Below, piece after piece: positions 47,455-55,971 of a DNA stretch of 64,000 bases. The notes under the pieces are model-generated. The model searched no databases, was not told where the DNA came from, and saw only the letters and a program-made list of their open reading frames with translations. The stretch is from assembly GCA_963701955.1 (NCBI GenBank), contig OY969694.1, forward strand, positions 2,291,224 through 2,355,223, read 5' to 3'. This DNA is from an uncultured Acidimicrobiaceae bacterium. Lineage in GTDB: Bacteria > Actinomycetota > Acidimicrobiia > Acidimicrobiales > RAAP-2. Made by a program: the position numbers and the translations under genes. The number at the start of each line of letters is the position of its first letter. Positions within the stretch are counted from its first letter, which is position 1.

Positions 47455-49311
47455 TTGACGGAGGCCGTTGCCGTGGAAGGAGCACCACACGACGAAGAGC
47501 GCTGGAAGAACCGTCGCGGCTTGGCGATGGCCGTCAGCGTCGGCGTGGTGGCGGTCCCGATCGCATGTTCGGTCGCCGTGCCGCTTCTCATCGAGGCACT
47601 GTTCGAAAGACCTCGAACGCTGGCCGCCCTGGTCACCTGGTGGCTGGCCATCGTGGCGGGGTCCGTCCTCGCATTCCTGGCGGTGCAGCGAGTCGTGCGT
47701 CAGGCCGTGCCGCTCAAGACGCTCCTCAAGATGGACATGCTCTTCCCGGGTCAGGCACCGAAGCGGTTGTCCGTGGCCCGGCGAGCCGCCAGCACCAGGG
47801 ATCTCGAACGAAGGCTTGCTCAAGCCCGCTCCGAGGGACTGTCCGACGAACCGACGCTGGCGGCAGAACAGATCGTGGCGCTCGCCGGAAGCCTCCGGCT
47901 CCACGATCGCATGACGCGCGGCCATGCGGAGCGGGTACGTGCGATCACCGATCTGATCGCCGACGAGCTGCACCTCGACACTGATCAGCGTGACCGCCTC
48001 CGCTGGTCGGCCCTCTTGCACGACATCGGCAAGCTTGCCGTCCACCCGGACACCTTGAACAAGTCAGGCGCGCTCTCAGACGAGGAATGGGAGGAGATCC
48101 GCCGACACCCTCTCGAGGGCGCCAGGATCACAGCACCCCTGGCTGAGTGGCTCGGGGAATGGGCCAGCACCATCGCCGAGCACCACGAGCGCTACGACGG
48201 CAGGGGTTACCCCCACGAATTGCGCGGTCAGGACATCTCGCTCGGCGGGCGCATCGTCGCCGTCGCCGACGCCTACGACGTGATGACGAGCATTCGCGCC
48301 TACAAGCGGCCGATGGCGCCCCATGTCGCCCGCGCCGAGGTCGCCGCATGCGCCGGCGGGCAGTTCGACCCCGACATCGTCCGGGCCTTCCTCGGTGTGC
48401 CGCTGCGTCGATTGCGCGCCATCGCGCCCCTGGCCTGGATCGCATCCATTCCCTTCGGCAATGCTCTGCCACAACTCGGCCGTCTTGCCACCCTCGGCGG
48501 CCAGACGGCCGCCGCCGGTGTGATCTCGGCCGCCGTGGTCGTGGGTGTCCATCAGGCGGGCAGCCACGCCATGGCACCCCAGTCGACCCAGCAGGCCGCG
48601 TCGAGCGCGGTGCCTGCCGGGACTCACCCCGCGAGCACCGCCGGCACGGGCCAGGACTCGACCGGATCCGACGTCGGCGGAACCGCATACACACACACAT
48701 CCGACAAGCCCGCGGCCAGGGGGCAGACCACTGCGTCAACCGGCAACAGTGGGAACGGTGGTGCCGTCGGGACATCCTCGAACGGTTCGGCGGGCAGCGG
48801 TTCATCGGGCAGCGCTTCGTCGGGCTCGGGCAGCCGTGGATCCGGGTCCCCCAGCTCGGGATCGACATCGACGAAAGGCACCAGCTCGACTTCGGCCCCG
48901 TCGTCAGCCACGACGACCACGTCATCGAAATCGTCTGGACCCGCATCGACCACGACGACGGCCGGTGCTCCCCCACCCCCGGTCTCCACGACGACAACCA
49001 TCCCTCCACCACAACCTCCGACCAGTCTCGCCGCCTCGGGCGGCTGTCAGCTCGTCGTCATCGGGCCCGAGATTGTCCTGTCGTGGACGCCGAGCACCAC
49101 AGGGTCGGTCACCGGGTACACGATCTTGCGCAGCACGAACGGCGCCTCCTACGCCTCAGTCGCCTCCGTTGCCTCGCGCACCACGAGTGGCTACACCGAC
49201 ACCTCGGTCGCCGTGAACACGTCGTACTGGTACGAGGTGCAGGCGGTGAGCGCGTCGGGCACAGCCTCGGCCGGACCTGCACACGCGTCGACCCCCACGC
49301 TCTGCCTCTGA
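47455..49311 (+). CDS. Membrane-anchored HD-GYP phosphodiesterase with Ser/Thr/Gly-rich linker and C-terminal fibronectin type III domain
   Basis: The product has 2 N-terminal TMS. The HD-GYP core reads HAERVRAITDLIA...ALLHDIGKLAV...HHERYDGRGYPHEL...VADAYDVMTS. More TMS follow (APLAWIASIPF..., AAGVISAAVVVGV), then a 140-aa S/T/G linker. The FN3-like end reads ...IVLSWTPSTTGSVTGYTILRSTNGASY...YTDTSVAVNTSYWYEVQAVSASG. The start is uncertain (TTG 47455, GTG 47476 or ATG 47527). Confidence 0.85.
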   Translation: MTEAVAVEGAPHDEERWKNRRGLAMAVSVGVVAVPIACSVAVPLLIEALFERPRTLAALVTWWLAIVAGSVLAFLAVQRVVRQAVPLKTLLKMDMLFPGQAPKRLSVARRAASTRDLERRLAQARSEGLSDEPTLAAEQIVALAGSLRLHDRMTRGHAERVRAITDLIADELHLDTDQRDRLRWSALLHDIGKLAVHPDTLNKSGALSDEEWEEIRRHPLEGARITAPLAEWLGEWASTIAEHHERYDGRGYPHELRGQDISLGGRIVAVADAYDVMTSIRAYKRPMAPHVARAEVAACAGGQFDPDIVRAFLGVPLRRLRAIAPLAWIASIPFGNALPQLGRLATLGGQTAAAGVISAAVVVGVHQAGSHAMAPQSTQQAASSAVPAGTHPASTAGTGQDSTGSDVGGTAYTHTSDKPAARGQTTASTGNSGNGGAVGTSSNGSAGSGSSGSASSGSGSRGSGSPSSGSTSTKGTSSTSAPSSATTTTSSKSSGPASTTTTAGAPPPPVSTTTTIPPPQPPTSLAASGGCQLVVIGPEIVLSWTPSTTGSVTGYTILRSTNGASYASVASVASRTTSGYTDTSVAVNTSYWYEVQAVSASGTASAGPAHASTPTLCL

Positions 49312-49997
49312 GCAGCGCGCCACGGAACTTCATGTTGCGGTGTGTTGAACGTCATCTGCATCGACCGCAATATCGATGGCCCAGGCGTCGGAGTCGCATG
49401 TGCCACGAGCCAGCTCAGGTCCGAGACAAGTGAACGTGAAGGGTGCCGCAGTTGAGCACTCGTCCGAGCGCCCTGTGCTGACCGTGGTTGAGCGGAATCG
49501 CTGGCCGCTGCCATCGAGGAGCGCTACGCCGCGTTGGTGCTCCTAGCTGGGGCCGCGGAGGGTCACCCGAGAGGAAGGTGTCCCACTACGTCGTGCTCGG
49601 CGATTCCGACTGGTTTGCCGGTCTGGCCAAAGACATGGACTCGATACGAATCCCGCTCTCCGGCCCTCCGGCGTCGATGACCAGCTTGACGTACGGAGAC
49701 AGCCTCTCGGCCACGGGAGTGGGGCGCCATTCGGCTATGCGTCACCCAATGATGGCAAGGCCTACCGGGGCAACGTCTGTCTCTTGAGTGAGCTGTACGA
49801 CGTGATCGCGGAACACGGGCTCCCACGGCCCCTTCGACCCGCCACGTACGAAAGGGTACGAACATGGAAGTGAGGTGGTGTACGTGGAAATTCAGCTGTG
49901 AACCGATGAGGGAGATCCTTGGTGGGCAGCAGCTCTCGCAACCGGTGCGCATCCGCGTGCATGGACAGGTTCTTCGAGAAGGCACCGAGGAGGCGTC

Positions 49998-50780
49998 TCA
50001 TTCCTCTGCGATGCCGGGAAGACTCGGACCGCCGTCTACCGAAAGGGTCTGGCCGGTCACGTACGAGGAAGCATCGCTCACGAGGAACAAGATGGCGCTT
50101 GCCACCTCTTGGGGTGACCCGACCCGTCCTAACGCGGCAGCCGCCGCGATGTCCTCGGGATCGATGCCAGCCACTCGCCACGCCTCAACGGCTCGCTCAG
50201 AGCAAATTCCGCCCACCGCCACGCAGTTGGCCCGCACCCCGTATCGCCCCCATTCGCCCGCGGTCACCCGGGTGAACATCTGCAAAGCCGCCTTGGCCGC
50301 GGAATAGTGGGCGCCGCCTCGCACGCCGCCAACCCCGGCGCCTGACGAGACGCTCACGATCGCTCCCGAACCCTGCTCTACGAAATGACGTCCGGCTGCC
50401 CTTGTGCAGAAATAGGCGGCCCGCACGTTCAGATCGAACGCCGCGTCCCAGGCTGTGGTTGGCAGCATCGCCAGTGGACCCATTCGGGTTCCTCCGGCGT
50501 TGTTGACAAGGATGTCGATTCGCCCCAGCTCATCGACGGTCTGAGCCACCAACTGCTCCACCTGTTCTTCGACCTTGACATCCGTGGGTATGGCAACGCA
50601 TCGCCGACCCGTCAGTCGCTCAACTTCGGTGGACGTGCGCTCGAGATCCTTCGCCGTCCGGGCGGCGATCGCCACATCGGCGCCGTGCTCAGCCAGAACC
50701 ATCGCCGTGGCCGCGCCGATCCCTGTGCCTCCGCCCGTGACTATGGCAACGCGACCAGAAAGGTCAAGCAAACTCGTCAC
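49998..50780 (-). CDS. Short-chain dehydrogenase/reductase (FabG-like)
   Basis: The product reads MTSLLDLSGRVAIVTGGGTGIGAATA...NNAGG...SSGAG...YSAAKAAL (TGxxxGxG, NNAG and YxxxK motifs). Confidence 0.9.
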   Translation of the reverse strand: MTSLLDLSGRVAIVTGGGTGIGAATAMVLAEHGADVAIAARTAKDLERTSTEVERLTGRRCVAIPTDVKVEEQVEQLVAQTVDELGRIDILVNNAGGTRMGPLAMLPTTAWDAAFDLNVRAAYFCTRAAGRHFVEQGSGAIVSVSSGAGVGGVRGGAHYSAAKAALQMFTRVTAGEWGRYGVRANCVAVGGICSERAVEAWRVAGIDPEDIAAAAALGRVGSPQEVASAILFLVSDASSYVTGQTLSVDGGPSLPGIAEE

Positions 50781-50923
50781 ATTGACAGTATGGCGGGAAT
50801 GTAGGCCGCTCGTATTGGCGTTATGAGGGTCTGACCGAAATGGCTCTCGGATCTTCGACGTCCGCCCTCGAGCAGTCCCCGCCGTCTTCTGCTGGCTGGC
50901 GCTTGCTCCTCAGGTCCCCAGTG

Positions 50924-51304
50924 TCAGGGGGCGACGACAGCGAGCACCTGGATCTCGACGAGGAAGCGGGGTCCAAGGAGCCCGGCGACGACAGTGGTAG
51001 TCGCCGGAGGATCCGCGGGAAATACCTCTTTGCGCACGGCCAGGAAGGCCTGCGCGTCCGAGGCACGCGAGAGGTACGTCGTGACCGAGAGCACGTCGGT
51101 AAGCGAAGCCCCTGCTTTCGCGAGGATCACCTCGATATTGGCGAAGCACTGACGCGCCTGGGCTGCGCAGTCGTCCTCGCCGACGAGAACGCCCGATTCG
51201 TCCATCGCGACCTGCCCCGACACCGCGACGACTGACCCGCTCGCCACGACGGCGGCCGACATACCTGGTGCCGGACCGGCCATTGGGATGGTACGGCGGC
51301 TCAC
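50924..51304 (-). CDS. RidA/YjgF/L-PSP family protein
   Basis: GTG at 51304 forms a GTGA overlap with the aminotransferase stop. The product reads ...AAVVASGSVVAVSGQVAMDESGVLVGEDDCAAQARQCFANIEVILAKAGASLTDVLSVTTYL...PATTTVVAGLLGPRFLVEIQVLA. An alternative ATG lies at 51283. Confidence 0.85.
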   Translation of the reverse strand: MSRRTIPMAGPAPGMSAAVVASGSVVAVSGQVAMDESGVLVGEDDCAAQARQCFANIEVILAKAGASLTDVLSVTTYLSRASDAQAFLAVRKEVFPADPPATTTVVAGLLGPRFLVEIQVLAVVAP

Positions 51305-52443
51305 CGGATCAGCGCGGCGGTCCGTTCGAGCGCCCGCCCGAGCCGTCTCGCCCCTTCTGCCAGGTCGGGGGCGGCGAGCTCGCCGTACGCCAGGCGCACC
51401 CCGGTTCGGTCCGGTGTGCCGGCACTGAAATACGGACCGGCGAGGAAGCCCACGCCCTCGGCTCTTCCGGCGTCCGCCAACGCGTCCACATCGGCGCCGC
51501 GTGGCCGCAGCCAGAGGAAGAAGCCACCTTGCGGGACCGTCCACGTCGCCGCGCCGGAGCAGTGCTCCTCGAGCGCGGCGACCAACACGTCGCGCTTCTC
51601 TCGGTAGAATGACGTGATCGAGCGTAGGTGCTCGTCAAAGTCCGACTCGAGGAACCGGAAGACCGCCCGCTGGAGAACCGGCGAGCCACCGAGGTCGGTG
51701 CGCGCCGCGGCCACGGCCGCAGCGAGCTCCGCGGGACCCGCGGCCCACCCGAGCCGGATCCCGGGGGCCATCGTCTTGCTGAACGACCCGAGGTGCAACG
51801 TGCGGTCTGGCGCAAGCCCAACAAGAGGTGGCGCGTCCAGGTCGTCGTAGAGGATCTCGCCGTAGGTGTCGTCCTGGATGATGACGATGTCGCGCTCCTC
51901 GGCGAGCCGGGCGAGTCGCACGCGTCGACTGCGATCGAGCATCGTGCCCGTCGGGCTCTGGCAGGATGCGATCGTGTAGATCATGCGCACGCGTCCGACG
52001 GCCGCCGGCTCGTCGAGGATCCGCTCGAGCGCGGCGACGTCGAGGCCGCCCTGGTCGAGTGGGACCGGAATGACGGTCGCACCTCGGCGGCGGAAGATGT
52101 CGAGCGCTCCCGGATAGGTGAGTTCCTCGACGAGCACGACGTCGTCTGGCGCGAGCAGAGCCGCCGAAACGAGGCCGAGGGCCCCAGCGCAGCCGTTCGT
52201 CATGACGACGTTCTGGGCGTGGAGCGGCGTGCCGGCCCGCGACGCGAGACGCTCAGCGACGAGCGCACGCAGCGACTCGGATCCCCACGGCCCGCCGTAG
52301 GAGAGCGCTTCTGGCTCTTCGGCGATTACCGCATTGAGGAGTGGACGGAGGTCCGGCCGCACGGCGGGATCGGGGAGCCCACCGAGGAACCCGATGACGT
52401 CCGGCACTCCGTACCTCCGGCTCGTCGTTTCCCTAAGGGCCAT
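51301..52443 (-). CDS. PLP-dependent aminotransferase, class I/II
   Basis: The 380-aa product reads ...YGGPWGSESLRALVAERL...VVMTNGCAGALGLV...IIQDDTYGEILYD...SFSKTMAPGIRLGWA (Schiff-base Lys context SFSK). Confidence 0.9.
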   Translation of the reverse strand: MALRETTSRRYGVPDVIGFLGGLPDPAVRPDLRPLLNAVIAEEPEALSYGGPWGSESLRALVAERLASRAGTPLHAQNVVMTNGCAGALGLVSAALLAPDDVVLVEELTYPGALDIFRRRGATVIPVPLDQGGLDVAALERILDEPAAVGRVRMIYTIASCQSPTGTMLDRSRRVRLARLAEERDIVIIQDDTYGEILYDDLDAPPLVGLAPDRTLHLGSFSKTMAPGIRLGWAAGPAELAAAVAAARTDLGGSPVLQRAVFRFLESDFDEHLRSITSFYREKRDVLVAALEEHCSGAATWTVPQGGFFLWLRPRGADVDALADAGRAEGVGFLAGPYFSAGTPDRTGVRLAYGELAAPDLAEGARRLGRALERTAALIR

Positions 52444-52803
52444 GACTCAGAATTCTAACTTTGTCGCCTTGGCCTATGTCTCGGGCCTGGTGGAGGCATC
52501 GCACGGCATCGTGGCCGAGGCCAAACGGTGGGTCCTCAACGAGAAGGGGATCGTAGGACGTGCAGGGCTCGACGATGAGGCCGCGCCATTTCTCGGGGCT
52601 ACCGACAGGAATGAGCTGGCCGACGCGGTCACGGTGATCGAGGATCGGTTCGTTGAATGACGACGACCTCAGATTCGGCAGCGAACCCCTTCGGCGTTCC
52701 CCGCCGTGTCCCCGCACCTCGTTCCACGTCGGCGAAGACCGAAGCGTTTGAGGCGATGTGCCCGCGTATGCAATGGGCATGTGACCCCACTACTGTGTGA
52801 TCC

Positions 52804-53649
52804 GTGATCCGGGGGATCGTGGGGAGGCTGAGGCAACGTCCTCAGACGCAGCAGCCCGAGGCGACGAACACGCCGCTGCCGCTCGATCCCGACCACCGCG
52901 GACAAGTCCTCGACGATCTCCAGAGCCAGATCGTGGCGGCATGGTCTCAATCGTCCGCTGAGTTCAAAGAGAGCGTCCGGCAGATTCTCGACCGCGTTCT
53001 CGACGAGATCGACCCTGAGACCTCCCAGGTGTCCGGCGTTGGCGACCACCGGCCGATCACGTTCAGCCGGAAAGCCGTGATGGGAATCGTCACCGCCATC
53101 TCCCTGATCCTTGTGGCCGTGGCGGTGGTTCTCGCTCTGGTACTTCCCGCGTCGAACCCCGTTTCTCTCGCAGCACCTACGACCTTTCCGACGCTGCTCC
53201 CCGGCGTGAGCCAGAGATCGGTGGCCGTGGCACCCTACCTACCGGTGACGCCTCCGGCACCGACGCTGCCGATTCCTGGTCCGCAGCCCTCCGACGTCGC
53301 CACCGCGGAAGTTGAGGTCGAGACGGCGTTCACCACCGTTTACGGGCACGAGCCGGATAGTCAGAAGCTGGTCTTGCTTCAAGGCGGAGCGGATCCCGCG
53401 GTCGTCGCTTCTGGGGACGCCGCCGGGAAGGCGTACCCGCAGATCTCGGCGGGCTCGACGCCCGTGGTCCTCGGGGTCGTCTTCACTTATCCGAGCGATG
53501 CCGCCGTGCTCTACGAGATCGTCTATCGCGGACAGCCCACGGTGGGGCCGAAGATCGGTTATGCGATCCTCGACGACGGCACCTGGAAGGTCACGCGGGC
53601 GACGTACTGCCAGGACACCGACAATGCGGGGACCGGCGTCCGCTGTTGA
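52804..53649 (+). CDS. Single-pass membrane protein, Pro-rich stalk and C-terminal globular domain, unknown function
   Basis: It has a GTG start, a cytoplasmic ~95 aa and a TM span (AVMGIVTAISLILVAVAVVLALVL). A Pro-rich segment follows, then ...AEVEVETAFTTVYGHEPDSQK...YEIVYRGQPTVGPKIGYAILDDGTWKVTRATYC. Confidence 0.6.
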   Translation: MIRGIVGRLRQRPQTQQPEATNTPLPLDPDHRGQVLDDLQSQIVAAWSQSSAEFKESVRQILDRVLDEIDPETSQVSGVGDHRPITFSRKAVMGIVTAISLILVAVAVVLALVLPASNPVSLAAPTTFPTLLPGVSQRSVAVAPYLPVTPPAPTLPIPGPQPSDVATAEVEVETAFTTVYGHEPDSQKLVLLQGGADPAVVASGDAAGKAYPQISAGSTPVVLGVVFTYPSDAAVLYEIVYRGQPTVGPKIGYAILDDGTWKVTRATYCQDTDNAGTGVRC

Positions 53650-53790
53650 GTGCGGGGCAGCGGTTCCCCAGGACCCGGCGCCTCCCTCAAGGCATTGGAC
53701 CGCCCCTGTCATCGTCGACACCGACGTGCAGTCCGGTCAACATACCGATCGCGGTCGTCCGGACCACGACCGAACCAGAGCTCTTCGGAA

Positions 53791-54081
53791 CTATCGATAC
53801 GCGCTCGCCTGCATTTCATACAACTGGGAATACGCTCCGCCCAGTCGTGTGAGCTCCGCGTAAGTTCCTGACTCCACCACGTGTCCGTCCTCGAGAACGA
53901 CGATGAGGTCAGCCATGCTGACCGTGGAGAAGCGGTGGGAAACCAACACAGTGATGGCACCCGCAGTGGAGCCGGCTCGGCTCGTCGCACGAGAGAACTG
54001 CTCGAAGAGCGCATGCTCGGTGACTGCATCCAGGCTGGCGGTCGGCTCATCCATGATGAAGAGCAGTGGGTCTGCGGAGAG
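53791..54081 (-). pseudogene. ABC exporter ATPase 3' fragment (Walker B to C-terminus only)
   Basis: The fragment reads LSADPLLFIMDEPTASLDAVTEHALFEQF...ITVLVSHRFSTVSMADLIVVLEDGHVVESGTYAELT... An in-frame TAG (54082-54084) lies immediately upstream. Walker A, the signature motif and the TMD are all absent. Confidence 0.75.
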
Positions 54082-54094
54082 CTATGGGGGCCAT

Positions 54095-55210
54095 CTAGAC
54101 CTCCACGGATTTACCCGCTTGCCAACGTCGCAGGACCAAGAAGCGCCCATGCAGTGCGCCATGATCGAGATGGCCGAAGCCGAGCAGGGTCCCCTCGTGC
54201 CCCTGGGCGGCGGGCAATCCCTTCACCTGCTCAAGGCCGTCCCTCACTCCTTGGCGGGTCCGCTCCGGTGCTCGCGCCAGAGCCTCGGCGACCAAGCGGC
54301 CGATGTCATAGCCGACTGCGGGAATGTAGCCCGGTCCGTCTGGAATCCCGGACCGGTCGCGTGCTCGCCGCAGGGTCGAGTTGCCATCGGAGTACATGTC
54401 CACGTAAACCCACCCGTCAAGCGCGACGCCAAACGACGGGTCATGGCCCCGCATGCCCGACGTGTTCATGACCCGCAGCCCGTCCCATCCCGATGAAGCG
54501 AAGGCCCTGGCCACCGCTGGCGCTGAGAATCCCAAACCCAGGTAGACCACGCAGTCGGGGGCGGAAGCGAGCACCTCTCCCGCTTGGGAAGCGGCGTCGA
54601 CGGCAACCGGATCGACGGACGCGGTCGCCGCCAGGGACACCTCTGCGCTCTCGGCCTCGGACCTGAAGAATTCGAGATAGCGGCGCCCGATCGGGGACCT
54701 GTCGTAGACGACTCCGATCCGAGCCACGGAGTGCTCGCTCAGGTAGCGGGTCAACACCACCGGCTCGTCCTCGTGGGAACCGACCTGCACCTGGAACATG
54801 TAGGTGCCGCGGCCACGCTCCGATCCGGCCCAATTGATCGTGGGAACGCGGTGATAGTCGGCCAGAGGGGTGGCTACCAGGGCGTTGTCCCCGACCGCCG
54901 GGCCCACGATCAGGAGCGCCCCCGCGTCCACCAGCTCCCCGTACGCTCGCTCGACTGCTGCGGCGGTACCGTAAGGAAGGCCGGGACCCCAAGAGTGAAC
55001 GAATGCCACCTCGGTGTCCAGCCGCCCGGTGAGAGACAATTCCTCGACGGCGAGCGTCAGCCACCTCTGCATGTCGAATGTTGCAGGTGGACCTCCCGAC
55101 GTGTCGTTCAACACGCCCACGAGCAGTGGTGCGGCTTGCGCTCGCTGTTCACCATCCATGCTTCGAGCGACCGTAGCTGACCCGCCGGCGATAGACGATG
55201 CCAGTATCAC
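54095..55210 (-). CDS. Type-1 periplasmic-binding-fold protein (LivJ/AmiC-like ligand-binding protein), no obvious signal peptide
   Basis: The product reads ...PLLVGVLNDTSGGP...AGALLIVGPAVGDNALV...VPTINWAGS...IGVVYDRSPIGRRYLEFF... The start is uncertain (55210 or ATG 55159). Confidence 0.7.
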   Translation of the reverse strand: MILASSIAGGSATVARSMDGEQRAQAAPLLVGVLNDTSGGPPATFDMQRWLTLAVEELSLTGRLDTEVAFVHSWGPGLPYGTAAAVERAYGELVDAGALLIVGPAVGDNALVATPLADYHRVPTINWAGSERGRGTYMFQVQVGSHEDEPVVLTRYLSEHSVARIGVVYDRSPIGRRYLEFFRSEAESAEVSLAATASVDPVAVDAASQAGEVLASAPDCVVYLGLGFSAPAVARAFASSGWDGLRVMNTSGMRGHDPSFGVALDGWVYVDMYSDGNSTLRRARDRSGIPDGPGYIPAVGYDIGRLVAEALARAPERTRQGVRDGLEQVKGLPAAQGHEGTLLGFGHLDHGALHGRFLVLRRWQAGKSVEV

Positions 55211-55647
55211 CGGGGGTCACGGGTTCGCCCGAAGGCATTCGCCCGGCTTTTCGATCGACACTTCCTTAGGCGGGGAGCGGGCGATCTACTCGACCCAGGG
55301 CTCGCCGATCGCGATCGGCCAAGGAGCGCCCGGCCTGGTCGCGATGTTGGTCGGACGAACGAAGCGCGAGAAGGACCGAGGGAGAAGTCAGAAGAGGAGC
55401 GCGACGGTACTTCTCACCAAGGGCAGATCCGTCGTCCTGGCGGACAGGTGTGTGGCGGCTCTCACCTTCGCCGCTTGCACCAGCACCCTCCCGGCCCGAA
55501 CGGAACGATCACCGGGGTCGCGGATCCCTGGCTGCGACCACTCAGCGCGAATGGGCTCAATCAGCTTCTTGTGATGGTGAACCTGACCCAGGGATCCCGC
55601 TCGTCGGCTCTTGCGAAGTGCAGACCTGACCTGGGAAGACCGACGAG

Positions 55648-55693
55648 AGCGGGCGAAGGCAATCGAACCCGCGTTCTCAGCTTGGGAAGCCGA
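55648..55693 (-). tRNA. tRNA-Gly(CCC)-derived 3' fragment (anticodon arm to discriminator); not a functional tRNA
   Basis: The minus strand reads tcggc-TTCCCAA-gctga-gaac-gcggg-TTCGATT-gcctt-cgcccgc-t. It has an intact anticodon stem-loop (U33, CCC, A37), a TTCGATT T-loop and a cgcccgc acceptor 3' strand. The T-stem has 2 mismatches, and no matching 5' acceptor strand (gcgggcg) or D-arm lies upstream. Confidence 0.5.
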
Positions 55694-55971
55694 TCAGGGG
55701 AAGTTCTCTGAGCAGCGGAAATCAAGAAACTGCCTGGTCAGAGGCGAACGGGCTTGAGCGTTGTTTGCGCTGTGATTCCCTCTTGGTCGTTGCGCGTTGC
55801 ACGAATTGGTCCGATGGGGCCAATTGCACGCTGGCGCCCGGCCTGAGGCGACGTCCTCTGCCCTGCGAGCTGGGAACAGACGCGGGACGAAGCCGTTGCG
55901 TTGACTCGTGGGGTATCTGTCCTCGCCACCCTGGCGAAATCCTCGGCCCGCAACGCTTCGGGGACGAATGT

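Noticed and set aside
48600-49020. Repetitive-looking Ser/Gly/Thr-coding DNA inside the HD-GYP gene, considered as a tandem repeat or array
   Set aside because: This is low-complexity coding sequence without a fixed nucleotide period or spacer structure. It fits a disordered extracellular linker, not a CRISPR or VNTR locus.
52442-52660. 72-aa ORF (MTQNSNFVALAYVSGLVEASHGIVAEAKRWVLNEKG...) divergent from the aminotransferase, with start codons interlocked in CATGA
   Set aside because: It has plausible composition and lies in a lower-GC patch, but it has no RBS, no recognisable family and is short. The evidence is insufficient to call it.
55390-55640. Minus-strand reading VRSALRKSRRAGSLGQVHHHKKLIEPIRAEWSQPG... 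immediately downstream of the tRNA-Gly scar, considered as an integrase N-terminus
   Set aside because: Only its position is suggestive. The sequence has no convincing integrase SAM-like or core-binding motifs and ends after about 80 codons.
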